Source: Gemmatimonadota bacterium (GTDB lineage: Bacteria; Latescibacterota; UBA2968; UBA8231). Taken from it: 63,381 bases of DNA. This document shows positions 17,709 through 27,021 of the stretch, piece by piece (position 1 is the stretch's first letter; every line of letters starts with the position of its first letter). The position numbers and the translations under genes are program-made. The notes under the pieces were generated by a model. It did no database searches, was not told the DNA's origin, and was given only the letters and a program-made list of their open reading frames with translations. The stretch spans positions 1-63,381 of the forward strand of contig PATE01000062.1 of NCBI GenBank assembly GCA_002712305.1. The letters are read 5' to 3'.

Positions 17709-19250
17709 ATGACAATGTCCGATTCCTGCCTCACCGACACCGATCTGGCGCGTTTCGTCAACGAAGGGCATCTGGTGGTGCGTACGACGCTGCCCCGTGA
17801 ATTCCACAACCGTCTATACGCGAAGATCGATGAGGTCTTCGAAAAAGAGGGTAATCCAGGCAACAACATTCTACCTCGCGTTCCCGAGATCGCCCAAGTT
17901 TACGACGATGTCGCCGTTCGAGCCGCCCTTGGCCGCCTGCTCGGGCCTGGGTATGTCATGAATCCCCACCGCGCCACGCACCTGAATCCACCTGGGAGCA
18001 AGGGACAGTCGTGGCACAAGGACTGCTACGTCTACGACCACAACCTGCGGCATCCTCGTTATCGCTGGGTCATGGCTTTCTACTATCCGCAGGATGTCAC
18101 ACCGGACATGGGTCCCACCGGCGTCATGCCTCATCAACAGTGGTATCAGGATATCTCGGACCCCGATCCATCAAAGGCGACGGAGGAGGCCCAGCCCCTG
18201 GTCGGCGAGGCCGGTACGGTCTCCATCGTCCATTTCGATTGCTGGCACCGCGCAATGGCCAACACCTCCGATCGCAAGCGGTATATGCTCAAGTTTCAGT
18301 TTGCCCGCACGGCTGAGCCGGTGACGGCGGCAGAGCCGATGGCGGTGTCCGATTCGTCTCCGCCATCATGGGACCAACAGGCGGCCATCAGTGACGATGT
18401 CTGGTCGTGGCTCCACGGGACGACGCCCGTACACACCGAAGCCGAGAGCGAGGATGTAAGTTCCCTCGTGGAGGCCCTCGCGTCTCCTGATCCGGTCCGT
18501 CGCCGACAGGCCGCCGACCAGCTGGCATGCTCGGGGGCAGCACAGGACGCCCTGGAGTCGCTGCAGCGAGCCCTGGACGATACCGACGAAGCGGTGCGAC
18601 TGAATGCTGCTTATGCCCTGGCCGACGCCGGAGAAGCTGGTGTATCGTCTCTCGCCGATCGACTGCGACAGGACGCGATGGCTGCCGAGGATCGTGCCAT
18701 GGCAAAGACAGCCGACAACGCCCATGGCACCAACCCCACGGCGCCTGTGGCCGCTCAGGCTTTGGGGGTGGCGCCCAGCGCTGTGGAGCCCCTGGTCCAA
18801 TTGCTCAGCGACGATCATTGGTATGTCCGGGCAAGTGCTGCCGATGCGCTCGCCAATCGTGCGACCCAGGCGCCGGGGGTGACCCCTGATCTCGTGAAGG
18901 CCGCCGCAGATGATCATTGGTGGGTCCGTCGAAATGCCATGGAGGCGCTGGCCCGTGGGAACGATCTGGCTGGTGCCGCCCTGCAGACGGCATCTTCGGG
19001 TCTGCGCGACGAGGACTACCGAGTCCGTCGAAATGCGGCCATCGCCATCCGTCGAGCCGACACACCCGCGGCGGATACGCTCGACGGCCTGGCCCAGATG
19101 TTGAACGACGAAAATCGCTACAACCGATTCTACGCAGTGGACGCCCTGCGGTCTCTCAGTTCGACGACGCCCGAGGCACAGAAGATGCTCATCGATTATC
19201 TGTTCACCGCCCGATGGTGCTCGCTGACAAACGCCGAGAGCACCTTCTGA
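17709..19250 (+). CDS. PhyH-family dioxygenase fused to C-terminal HEAT (PBS-lyase-type) repeats
   Basis: The N-terminal ~230 aa has a PhyH pattern (FVNEGHLVV, WHKDCY, FDCWHRAMAN). The C-terminal ~270 aa has six or more repeats of the form D..VR..AA.AL (DPVRRRQAADQLA, DEAVRLNAAYALA, DHWYVRASAADALA, DHWWVRRNAMEALA, DYRVRRNAAIAI, NRYNRFYAVDAL). The start is 17709 or 17715; the ORF track starts at 17679. Confidence 0.75.
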   Translation: MTMSDSCLTDTDLARFVNEGHLVVRTTLPREFHNRLYAKIDEVFEKEGNPGNNILPRVPEIAQVYDDVAVRAALGRLLGPGYVMNPHRATHLNPPGSKGQSWHKDCYVYDHNLRHPRYRWVMAFYYPQDVTPDMGPTGVMPHQQWYQDISDPDPSKATEEAQPLVGEAGTVSIVHFDCWHRAMANTSDRKRYMLKFQFARTAEPVTAAEPMAVSDSSPPSWDQQAAISDDVWSWLHGTTPVHTEAESEDVSSLVEALASPDPVRRRQAADQLACSGAAQDALESLQRALDDTDEAVRLNAAYALADAGEAGVSSLADRLRQDAMAAEDRAMAKTADNAHGTNPTAPVAAQALGVAPSAVEPLVQLLSDDHWYVRASAADALANRATQAPGVTPDLVKAAADDHWWVRRNAMEALARGNDLAGAALQTASSGLRDEDYRVRRNAAIAIRRADTPAADTLDGLAQMLNDENRYNRFYAVDALRSLSSTTPEAQKMLIDYLFTARWCSLTNAESTF

Positions 19251-19265
19251 CGACGCCGGCCAAGA

Positions 19266-20489
19266 CTACCCCGGGATCTGCTTGAGGGCCTTTCGCAAGG
19301 GCGAACGCCAGATGTTTGGGCGAACGGCGTCGATACGGATCCGCGGACAGAGATTGAACTGACCAAACCGGTTCAGTTGGTCGGCCAACGCAGGAAGCAC
19401 TGCTTCGATCTGATCGGCGGTGAGGTCGGGTTCGAGGGTCAGCCTGCGGACGGCGAAGGATCCCTTTTTTCGCTCTGCCTTCGCGTCGAGTCGACCGATG
19501 AAGCGGTCACCCCACAACACGGGCAAGCAGAAATAGCCATAGACCCGCTTCTTCGCCGGCACGTAGCACTCGATGGTGTAGTCGAAATCGAAGAGTCGGC
19601 TGAGCCAGGGGCGTCGAATAACGAGGTTGTCGAAGGGCGACAGCAGGTGGGCCTGACCCTGCCGAACGCGCACCGATTTCTGCAGCGAGGATGAGCGGAC
19701 GTAGAGGGGAGGACCTTCGTCTCCAGCGATCCGGACCTCGGACAATCGGCCCTCGTCAAGGGCCTCATCCAACGCCTGGCGCAGGCTCTTGTTGTCTCGA
19801 TTCCAGATGCGCATCTCTCCCACACTGGCCACGCCATGTTGATCCATGGCGCGATCCAGCGCCCAACGGGCCCGCTCCTGCGGTGAGGCCGGGTCCCGTG
19901 AGATGTCACGAGGAAGAACCCGCTCGGTCAGATCGTACAGTCGCTGGAACTGTCGACGCTCGCTGATCATCAGTTCGCCGCTGCTCAATAGAAGTTCCAG
20001 CGCGCCCTTGGCCGGTTTCCAGTCCCACCAGGGGCCACGGTTACCCCCTTCGTCGGCGAAATCCGACGTCCCAAGAGGGCCCTCCGCCCGAATCCGGTCT
20101 CGCACGTGATCGACGATCTTCCGATTCGCGGCGATCCAATCGATGGTCTGCTGTCGCCGCGCATGAGCGTGCATGGCGCCTGCGTAAAATCGGTAATCCT
20201 CCATGGGCAGGAAGGAGGCGGCGTGACTCCACCCCTCGAAGACGCGCCGGTCAACGGCGAGCAGGTGATCAAGATCGGCTTCCCCGTATTGCTTCTGTCG
20301 ACTCCACAGAATGTGGTGGTGAGCACGGGCGATGACGGAGATGGTATCGATCTGTACATACCCGAGCCGGCCAAAGACAGCGGCAGTGCCGTCGGGACCC
20401 GTGTCGGGCGAGAAGGAGCCATCCAGACCCTGTGCCTGGAGGGCGAGTCGGCGGGCCTTTGCAAGGGTGATTCTGGGTGGCGTGCTCAA
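19266..20489 (-). CDS. YcaQ/AlkZ-like winged-helix DNA glycosylase family protein
   Basis: 407 aa. KARRLALQAQGL, GYVQIDTISVIARAHHHILWSR and YGYFCLPVLWGDRFIGRLD blocks are typical of YcaQ (DUF1006). Confidence 0.75.
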   Translation of the reverse strand: MSTPPRITLAKARRLALQAQGLDGSFSPDTGPDGTAAVFGRLGYVQIDTISVIARAHHHILWSRQKQYGEADLDHLLAVDRRVFEGWSHAASFLPMEDYRFYAGAMHAHARRQQTIDWIAANRKIVDHVRDRIRAEGPLGTSDFADEGGNRGPWWDWKPAKGALELLLSSGELMISERRQFQRLYDLTERVLPRDISRDPASPQERARWALDRAMDQHGVASVGEMRIWNRDNKSLRQALDEALDEGRLSEVRIAGDEGPPLYVRSSSLQKSVRVRQGQAHLLSPFDNLVIRRPWLSRLFDFDYTIECYVPAKKRVYGYFCLPVLWGDRFIGRLDAKAERKKGSFAVRRLTLEPDLTADQIEAVLPALADQLNRFGQFNLCPRIRIDAVRPNIWRSPLRKALKQIPG

Positions 20490-21628
20490 GTCATTTCTCC
20501 AGCGCCATAACGACCGAAGGATGGTTGGGCGTCGTCGAAACCTGCATCAAAAGCAAGCAGATCTTGGGTCGTGGAGATGATGAGCTCTCGCCCTTCGAAG
20601 CTGCTGCGCCAGAGAAGGGATGAGAGCTGGTAGGTGAGATGAGCGAAGGGCGCGTTGGGAAACCTGGTTGACGTCATCAGCTGTTCGGGCGTCTCATCAA
20701 GCCAATCTGCGTAGGTCCGGAGAACGCCTTCATAGGAACTACCTGCTGGGTTCACCTGCTGATCGACGCCATCGATCACCAGCCTCTTGGCGCCCTCGAG
20801 GAATTCGACCTCGATCTCCCAGCCGCTACCGTCTCCCTGACCGCGAATCACACGCCTCTTGGTCGACGGGGCGCCCGCCTTGAAGTCGGTCCAGCCGTGC
20901 ATCCTCGTCGACCCGAGGCGGATGTCGTAGGTCGTCTTTCCATCCACCATCGTCTCATAGTCAGCTGGATTGGGCGGATCGTAGTGATCAGCCCATGCGT
21001 GGACCTGAATGCCCTGATCGAGAATCGCCTCCGGACATCCGTGGAGATGCCCGAGCAAGCGCAGAACGAAGGCGAAGCAGTGGACGGTCTCCTGATACTG
21101 GATGTGAACCATCCGTTTCGTATTGCGGGGGTTGTCTCTCGCTTCACGATCCTTCGATCGCTGAATGCCGATCTCATCGACGTGAACCTGGTCAAATCCG
21201 TCGAGGAAATGCAGAATCCTCGTCGTCACCGGGTCGAATACCTCGGGAAAGTCGAACAGGAGGATGGGCGGTGGGGAGGCGTGGCTCTGACCCAGCTGTT
21301 GCAGCAGTCTTGAGCAGTCCTGGGGGCGCTGGGGAGCGGCCATCGGCTTTTCGTTGAGAATGGCGACCCCATCCCGGGCAAGTAACCGGTGCAGAGCACG
21401 CTCGCGTGCCTCCGGGTGAAGGGCCAGATGAAACAGGTCGGCCTCCAAGGCCAGGAATGTCTCTTCATCCTTCAAGCACTCCACATCCTGTAATCGTACA
21501 TCTGAAGGCTGCGGGGCCGGATCGAAAACAGAGACACGCCATTCGAGGGCCCGTGCTGCGTCGAGGAACTTGCGGCCGATGTAGCCCCAGGCACCGGCGA
21601 TGGCCAGGTGTCGTTGAAGATGGCTCAC
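20486..21628 (-). CDS. Divergent Gfo/Idh/MocA-like oxidoreductase
   Basis: 380 aa. N-terminal AIAGAWGYIGRKF and ILNEKPMA (EKP motif). There are 4-nt overlaps with both neighbours. Confidence 0.5.
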   Translation of the reverse strand: MSHLQRHLAIAGAWGYIGRKFLDAARALEWRVSVFDPAPQPSDVRLQDVECLKDEETFLALEADLFHLALHPEARERALHRLLARDGVAILNEKPMAAPQRPQDCSRLLQQLGQSHASPPPILLFDFPEVFDPVTTRILHFLDGFDQVHVDEIGIQRSKDREARDNPRNTKRMVHIQYQETVHCFAFVLRLLGHLHGCPEAILDQGIQVHAWADHYDPPNPADYETMVDGKTTYDIRLGSTRMHGWTDFKAGAPSTKRRVIRGQGDGSGWEIEVEFLEGAKRLVIDGVDQQVNPAGSSYEGVLRTYADWLDETPEQLMTSTRFPNAPFAHLTYQLSSLLWRSSFEGRELIISTTQDLLAFDAGFDDAQPSFGRYGAGEMT

Positions 21629-22557
21629 TTGTTTGGCTGGTCCCGGTCGCTGGTGGGTGGCCGCAACTGTCGGATGATGGCGCTGTTGTCCAGATCACCG
21701 TCACCTGCGGCGATGGCATCGGCGAGCAGACGGGCGTGGACGGGTGTCAGTGGCAGTCGAATCCCTGCGGATCGTGCACAGTCCAGGATCAGATCGACAT
21801 CCTTGGCGTGCTGGCGCAGCCGAGCGGCGGGTGACTCAAAGTCACCGGCCACCATTCGCGGGCCCTTGTGATCCATCTGCCGTGAGTAAGCGGGGGTCTG
21901 CACGAGTAACTCCAAGAACTGCTGCGGGTCGAGCCCAAGGGCCTCTGCGAAGACGAGGCCCTCCGCCAAAACGAGTCGATGCAAGCCAAGCACGAGGTTG
22001 CTGGCGAGCTTCGCACGGCTACCAGAACCGACGGGCCCAAGGTGAACACGATGCTGACCAAGGGCATCCAGCAGATGTGATTGTGCTTCGATGACCCGGT
22101 GGTCTCCGCCGATCATGACCACTGCTTCGTCAGACGCCAATTGTTGCGATGAGCCCGAGATCGTGGCGTCAAGCATCGAAATACCCGCCTTTTCGAGCTG
22201 GTCTGCATTCGCCTGCGTCGCTTCAGGGTCACCGGTTGTGGTGTCGATGACGAGCCGGCAGGCAGATGCCTCGCCGACAGGTTCCTCACCGATCTGGGAC
22301 AACACGGCGGTCACCGCGTGATGGTCGGGAAGGCTGAGGATGACAGTTTCCGCTCTGCCGAAAACATCCCCGACATCGCAGGCCAGCGATATCTCGGCCG
22401 TCATCTTCTGCGTGTGAGCCGGATCGATGTCATATCCGATGACCTGCCAGCCTCTCTCGCACAGTCGCTCGGCGATCACGGCACCCATCAGACCGAGGCC
22501 GACCAGGCCAACCCTCGATGAGTTGGGCTCTCCATTGGTGGTGGAAGGCGTCTTCAT
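21625..22557 (-). CDS. NAD(P)-dependent 3-hydroxyisobutyrate/6-phosphogluconate dehydrogenase-family oxidoreductase
   Basis: 310 aa. VGLVGLGLMGAVIAERL (GxGxxG) and a later ...GSGSRAKLASNL... block typical of HIBADH-type enzymes. Confidence 0.8.
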   Translation of the reverse strand: MKTPSTTNGEPNSSRVGLVGLGLMGAVIAERLCERGWQVIGYDIDPAHTQKMTAEISLACDVGDVFGRAETVILSLPDHHAVTAVLSQIGEEPVGEASACRLVIDTTTGDPEATQANADQLEKAGISMLDATISGSSQQLASDEAVVMIGGDHRVIEAQSHLLDALGQHRVHLGPVGSGSRAKLASNLVLGLHRLVLAEGLVFAEALGLDPQQFLELLVQTPAYSRQMDHKGPRMVAGDFESPAARLRQHAKDVDLILDCARSAGIRLPLTPVHARLLADAIAAGDGDLDNSAIIRQLRPPTSDRDQPNK

Positions 22558-22665
22558 GTGGTGAAAGGACGGTCGTCACGTCGCCGCGCGCCACGGTCGC
22601 GATCGCACACTACCTTTCGGTCGTTACTTCTATTTAGACGCTGTGCACCGACGGGAGATCACAAC

Positions 22666-24009
22666 ATGCCTCATCCTCGCCGCCTGATCTGGTTCTGTCA
22701 GACCGAACATGTGGCCAAACAACCTGAGCAACTCGCCCTGCTGCGCGATGAGATCGGTCTGACGACGATCATGCCCGAGAGTCCGATCTGCCATACCTCT
22801 GGTTTTCGTGCAAGCCCGGAGGTGGCGGCGCGAGGACCCTTCGAGGACTGGCGCGAGAGGGGTGAGGCCTGGCCCAAGGTGTCGGAGGGGATCTATCCAC
22901 CTGTGTCAGGTGTGATCGGTGGATTCGACGACACGGATCTGTGTAGGGTGATCGAAGCGGCCTCGGCGGCGGGCATCGAGGTCTGGGGGCACATCGGCTT
23001 GTGGAGCTATGGCGGCGATGTCTATCCCGAACACGCGCTGCGCACAATCGACGGTGCATCCCTGGACACGCGGTACTCGCGCTGGGGGATCGGACTGTGT
23101 CCAAGTCGCGAAGCCATCAATCAATGGACGAAAGACGGGCTGGTCGATATTGCCCAGAGATACGACGTAGACGGATTCTGCGTCGATCACGCACGGTATC
23201 CCCAACCGGCAAGTGTCTCCGCCCTGGCCGCGTGCGGCTGTGCATCCTGTGTCGAGGAAGGCACAACCCTCGGCTTCGATGTGGCCATCTTACATCAAGC
23301 TCTACGCGATACCGTACGTCGGGTGCGCGACATCAAGGGGTCACGTCTTCAGCAGCTTGCGCGAGATCGACTCTCTCCCGAGCAGCTTTGGGCTGCCCTC
23401 GAGATCTCGCCCCACGTAACGGAGTGGTTTCAGATGCGCTCTGCCCTGTTGGCGAAGCAGATGCAGCATTTTCGCGAAGGTGTGCAGCAGATCGATGCAT
23501 CCATGGTTTTCGGCTGTGACATCTTCGCACCGTCGGTCAGCCTGTTCGGCGGCCACGATCTGGCCCTGTGGGAGACGGCAACCGACTACATCACAGGCGG
23601 GAGCTCGGCGGGGGGCGTCGTGGGCTGGGCGACGGCCTCAACGAATGCAGCCTTCGAATGGACCCGTTCGTTGGCCGAGGTCACGCAGGGGGCTGAGGCG
23701 GACTGGCTCGAGCTCACATTGCAGGTGTTGGGGGTCGATGATCTGGCCATTCCACGCGACATCGAGGCTCTGGACCAAGGTCGCGATTTGCCGATCGAAG
23801 AGCTCTACGATCGAGAGATCGCTCGCCTCGTGGCGGACACGAACGACCGCGTGCCCCTGTATCCACCCGTTTCGGCGGGGGGTGACCCCGAACGAACACG
23901 TCGTCTGTGTCGCAGTATCGCTGATCATGGTGGGCACGGTGCGATGATGACCCTCGCGCCAGACCGCAAGGAGACGCTGCGGGCGATTCAGGAAGGGTTC
24001 GGGGCGTAA
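22666..24009 (+). CDS. Hypothetical protein (possible glycoside-hydrolase-like TIM barrel)
   Basis: 447 aa from ATG 22666 (the ORF track starts at 22558). Segments such as AGIEVWGHIGLW and DVDGFCVDHARYP suggest a beta/alpha barrel, but no family was recognised with confidence. Confidence 0.5.
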   Translation: MPHPRRLIWFCQTEHVAKQPEQLALLRDEIGLTTIMPESPICHTSGFRASPEVAARGPFEDWRERGEAWPKVSEGIYPPVSGVIGGFDDTDLCRVIEAASAAGIEVWGHIGLWSYGGDVYPEHALRTIDGASLDTRYSRWGIGLCPSREAINQWTKDGLVDIAQRYDVDGFCVDHARYPQPASVSALAACGCASCVEEGTTLGFDVAILHQALRDTVRRVRDIKGSRLQQLARDRLSPEQLWAALEISPHVTEWFQMRSALLAKQMQHFREGVQQIDASMVFGCDIFAPSVSLFGGHDLALWETATDYITGGSSAGGVVGWATASTNAAFEWTRSLAEVTQGAEADWLELTLQVLGVDDLAIPRDIEALDQGRDLPIEELYDREIARLVADTNDRVPLYPPVSAGGDPERTRRLCRSIADHGGHGAMMTLAPDRKETLRAIQEGFGA

Positions 24010-24087
24010 TCGCTGTCACGTTCGCTGCAGGGGTAGGTCTTTCCCGATAAGCGAAGCATTCATGGTACGCAAAAAGAGGTAGAGATC

Positions 24088-24411
24088 GTGACCGCAACGG
24101 GTCAGCAAGCAACTCCGAAGGAGACAGCGTCGCTGGTAACGGCTGCACGCAGTGGCGACGAGTCCGCCTTTACGCGACTCGTCAACCGCGTCGAGGCAGA
24201 ACAGGAGCGCCAGGGCGTGCTGACCGTCGCCGTCGACAACCAGGAACGAACCATCACCGAGGCGCGGGGTCGCTATAATGCCGTCCCCCACGGCAGCAAT
24301 CGTTCAGCAAAGACCCAGCGGATCGGCAAGGGGTACCTGCAGCTGCTTGAGGCCTCCGCCCAGGTGCCGCGGCAGTGGCAGGATAGGGAGCGTCTGCGCC
24401 GCACAGGGTAG
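24088..24411 (+). CDS. Hypothetical protein
   Basis: 107-aa ORF with a GTG start and GAGG upstream. Only the first ~30 aa (LVTAARSGDESAFTRLV) resemble anything, namely the start of sigma-70 region 2. Coding status is uncertain. Confidence 0.25.
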   Translation: MTATGQQATPKETASLVTAARSGDESAFTRLVNRVEAEQERQGVLTVAVDNQERTITEARGRYNAVPHGSNRSAKTQRIGKGYLQLLEASAQVPRQWQDRERLRRTG

Positions 24412-24584
24412 TGCCTCGGCTACTTGCTCGCTTTCCCGGTTGTACCCTAGGTACGGGATAGTCAACGATGATCACCAGATCATCGGCCATCCCTTACTTC
24501 TGCCGGGACGACGAGGATGTGCGAATCACCCGTTCACCTGACATGCCTCATTAGTGCCTCTCCGACGCCTGATCGAGGTCACGC

Positions 24585-25343
24585 ATGAGGTGTGAAGAGG
24601 CGCTCGCACAACTGAACGTATCGCAGGATCTACTCTCGCACGATGAGAAGCAGTTCCTCGACGAGCAGGGGTATCTGCCCCTTCCCGAGATCATGAACCA
24701 TGCCCAAGTCGATGCTCTGCGCACCCGCTTCGACGAGTTGGTCGAAGAAGAGGGCGAGAAGGCGGGGACGGAAGTACATCAGGAAGCCGGCACCAACCGG
24801 TTGTCCAATCTTGTGGACAAGGGGGAGATCTTCGAGATCTGCTTCACGCACCCCCGCGTGCTGGCAGCGATGCGCCACGTCCTCGGCCCCGACTTCCGGC
24901 TCTCGTCTCTCAACGGCCGTGCCGCGCTTCCAGGGCAGGGGCTCCAGGGGTTACACGCGGACTGGGGTACGGGTGTGGAGCCCGGCGACTACTACGTCTG
25001 CAACAGCATCTGGCTTCTGAGTGACTTCACGGAACAGAATGGGGCCACTCGAGTCGTTCCGGGTTCGAATCGTTCCGGACAACATCCCAAGGATGCTCTC
25101 GACGACCCGACAGCGCCTCATCCTGAAGAGGTGATTCTGACCGCGCCTGCTGGCACGGTGGTGGTCTTCAATTCTCACACGTGGCACGCTGGTACGCTGA
25201 ATCGCTCCGACGAGCCACGCTACGGTCTGCATTCCTACTTCACGCGACGTGATCAGCGACAGCAAACCGCTCAGAAGGCCCTCCTTTCAGAGGAAACCAA
25301 GGCTCGTCTCAGTGAGGCGGCGCGTGTCATCCTCGACGTGTAA
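24585..25343 (+). CDS. PhyH-family 2OG/Fe(II) dioxygenase
   Basis: 252 aa. FLDEQGYLPLPEIM, LHADWG (HxD), VVPGSNRSG and NSHTWHAGTLN blocks. Confidence 0.8.
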   Translation: MRCEEALAQLNVSQDLLSHDEKQFLDEQGYLPLPEIMNHAQVDALRTRFDELVEEEGEKAGTEVHQEAGTNRLSNLVDKGEIFEICFTHPRVLAAMRHVLGPDFRLSSLNGRAALPGQGLQGLHADWGTGVEPGDYYVCNSIWLLSDFTEQNGATRVVPGSNRSGQHPKDALDDPTAPHPEEVILTAPAGTVVVFNSHTWHAGTLNRSDEPRYGLHSYFTRRDQRQQTAQKALLSEETKARLSEAARVILDV

Positions 25344-25350
25344 CGGGGCA

Positions 25351-25406
25351 CGAGACATCTTGACCAAATCCGAGATCTCTTGATCGAGTCCCGAGACATT
25401 TTGGTA
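25351..25406 (+). repeat. Three direct repeats GAGAyhTyTTGryC at 20-21-bp spacing (possible regulator binding array)
   Basis: GAGACATCTTGACC (25351-25364), GAGATCTCTTGATC (25371-25384) and GAGACATTTTGGTACC (25392-25407), located in the intergenic region upstream of the SDR gene. Confidence 0.4.
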
Positions 25407-25460
25407 CCAACGGCGGCAGGCAGTCGGACGATGTGGCGCCGGAGAGCTTGCAGGGAAGCA

Positions 25461-25522
25461 CTGGTGGTCATCGCAAGTGTGGCGATTCTCGAGATCGGAG
25501 GACCACCAGGGTCTGGTGGTCC
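25461..25522 (+). other. Three-way complementary element (CTGGTGGTC ... GACCACCAG ... CTGGTGGTC)
   Basis: GACCACCAG (25501-25509) can pair either with 25461-25469 or with 25513-25521. The latter gives a perfect 10-bp hairpin at 25500-25522. The element lies about 125 nt upstream of the SDR start. Confidence 0.4.
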
Positions 25523-25645
25523 ATACCTAGACACGGATGAGGCTCTTTCCAAGTCGAAGCAGATCCTCGATGAACTCTTCTGACGCACAACAGGTGCGCG
25601 GACACTCTGCAGACTATTCTTTCCTTCACAAACGGGAGAGAATGG

Positions 25646-26503
25646 ATGCAGGAGTTCACCGATAGAATCGCAGTCGTCACCGGAGCCGCCGGTGGAATCG
25701 GCCTTGGTCTGACACGAAAATGCCTCGATCAGGGCATGCACGTGGTCATGGCCGACATCGATGAGACACGACTGGCCGAGGTGGCCCGCCAACTTCGCCA
25801 GAACTCGAGCCAGGACTCGAGTTTGGTCACCGTGGTGCCCACCGATGTCTCGGATCGTGCTTCCATCTCAAGACTCGTCGACGTCGTCGAGGGACTCGAG
25901 TCGGAAATCGCGCTGGTCTTCAACAACGCAGGCGTTGCGTCATCTGGCGATCTGGGGCAACTGTGGAACGCCACGCACGATGACTGGCAGAAGCTGATCG
26001 ATGTGAATCTATGGGGCGTCATCAACGGTTGTATGGGTTTTCTTCCCATCTTGATGCAACAGTCATCGCCGAGTCGGATCGTGAATGTCGCCTCCATCGC
26101 CGGCGTCATCACAGCACCGGCGTTGGCCATCTACACGATGACGAAACACGCCGTCGTCAGTCTCGGTGAATCCCTCGATCAACAGTTGCAGGCCGCTGAG
26201 GCCTCCGTCGCCGTCTCTACGGTTTGCCCGGGTTTCGTGCGTACTCATCTGACCGATGGTTTGTCCCTTGAAGGCTCAGATGGTGGAGACGTTTCGCCGA
26301 CCATGCGTGAGAATCTGACATGGTTCGAAGAGCGTGTCCGGGACGGAACCGATCCGGCAGAACTCGCCGATCGGGTTTTTGAGGGTATCACCCATGAGCG
26401 TCGGTATATCTTCACCCATTCCGGATTTCGGGACGCCGTGGTTGAGCGATTTGACACAATCCTGGAAGATCTCGATTCGGCGAGGCCTCACCATGGCGGA
26501 TGA
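25646..26503 (+). CDS. Short-chain dehydrogenase/reductase (SDR)
   Basis: 285 aa. VVTGAAGGIG (TGxxxGxG), NNAG and YTMTKHAV (YxxxK). Confidence 0.9.
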   Translation: MQEFTDRIAVVTGAAGGIGLGLTRKCLDQGMHVVMADIDETRLAEVARQLRQNSSQDSSLVTVVPTDVSDRASISRLVDVVEGLESEIALVFNNAGVASSGDLGQLWNATHDDWQKLIDVNLWGVINGCMGFLPILMQQSSPSRIVNVASIAGVITAPALAIYTMTKHAVVSLGESLDQQLQAAEASVAVSTVCPGFVRTHLTDGLSLEGSDGGDVSPTMRENLTWFEERVRDGTDPAELADRVFEGITHERRYIFTHSGFRDAVVERFDTILEDLDSARPHHGG

Positions 26504-26957
26504 CCTCCAGATCCGGTTCGCGCAGATCGACGATGCCGCGCAGATCGCCGGCTTCAATCGTGCCCTCGCTCGTGAAACCGAAGACAGGGAGTTAGACCTG
26601 GCGACGGTGACACGTGGGGTCACACGGTTTCTCGAGGGCGTAGGAGCCGGGTTCTACATCGTTGCTGAACGCGGGGATCGGATCATCGGCTGCCTGATGA
26701 TCACGCACGAATGGAGTGATTGGCGCGATGGAAACATGTGGTGGATTCAGAGTGTCTACGTCGTCCATGACGAGCGGAGACGAGGGGTCTTTCGAGCCCT
26801 CTATGAATGGATTGTGGCTCGGGCCGAGACTGAGACGGATGTCTGCGGACTGCGCCTTTACGTAGAGCGCGACAATGAACGAGCGCAGAACACGTATGTA
26901 TCTCTGGGCATGAAGCAGGAACCGTACTGGATCTACGAGATGGCCATCGGCTCCTGA
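26493..26957 (+). CDS. GNAT-family N-acetyltransferase
   Basis: 154 aa from ATG 26493, overlapping the SDR stop by 11 nt. IQSVYVVHDERRRGVFRAL fits the acetyl-CoA binding motif, and the protein ends ...YVSLGMKQEPYWIYEM. Confidence 0.75.
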   Translation: MADDLQIRFAQIDDAAQIAGFNRALARETEDRELDLATVTRGVTRFLEGVGAGFYIVAERGDRIIGCLMITHEWSDWRDGNMWWIQSVYVVHDERRRGVFRALYEWIVARAETETDVCGLRLYVERDNERAQNTYVSLGMKQEPYWIYEMAIGS

Positions 26958-27021
26958 ACGGCGTTTGGATCTACAACGAATCGTAGGCAAAGCCTCGCGC
27001 ACGAGGCGAAAGGGTTGAACC

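Noticed and set aside
24088-24411. This could be a fragment of an ECF sigma factor (LVTAARSGDESAFTRLV resembles the start of sigma-70 region 2).
   Set aside because: Only ~20 residues match. No region 2.x/4 motifs appear in any frame downstream. It is kept only as a low-confidence hypothetical ORF.
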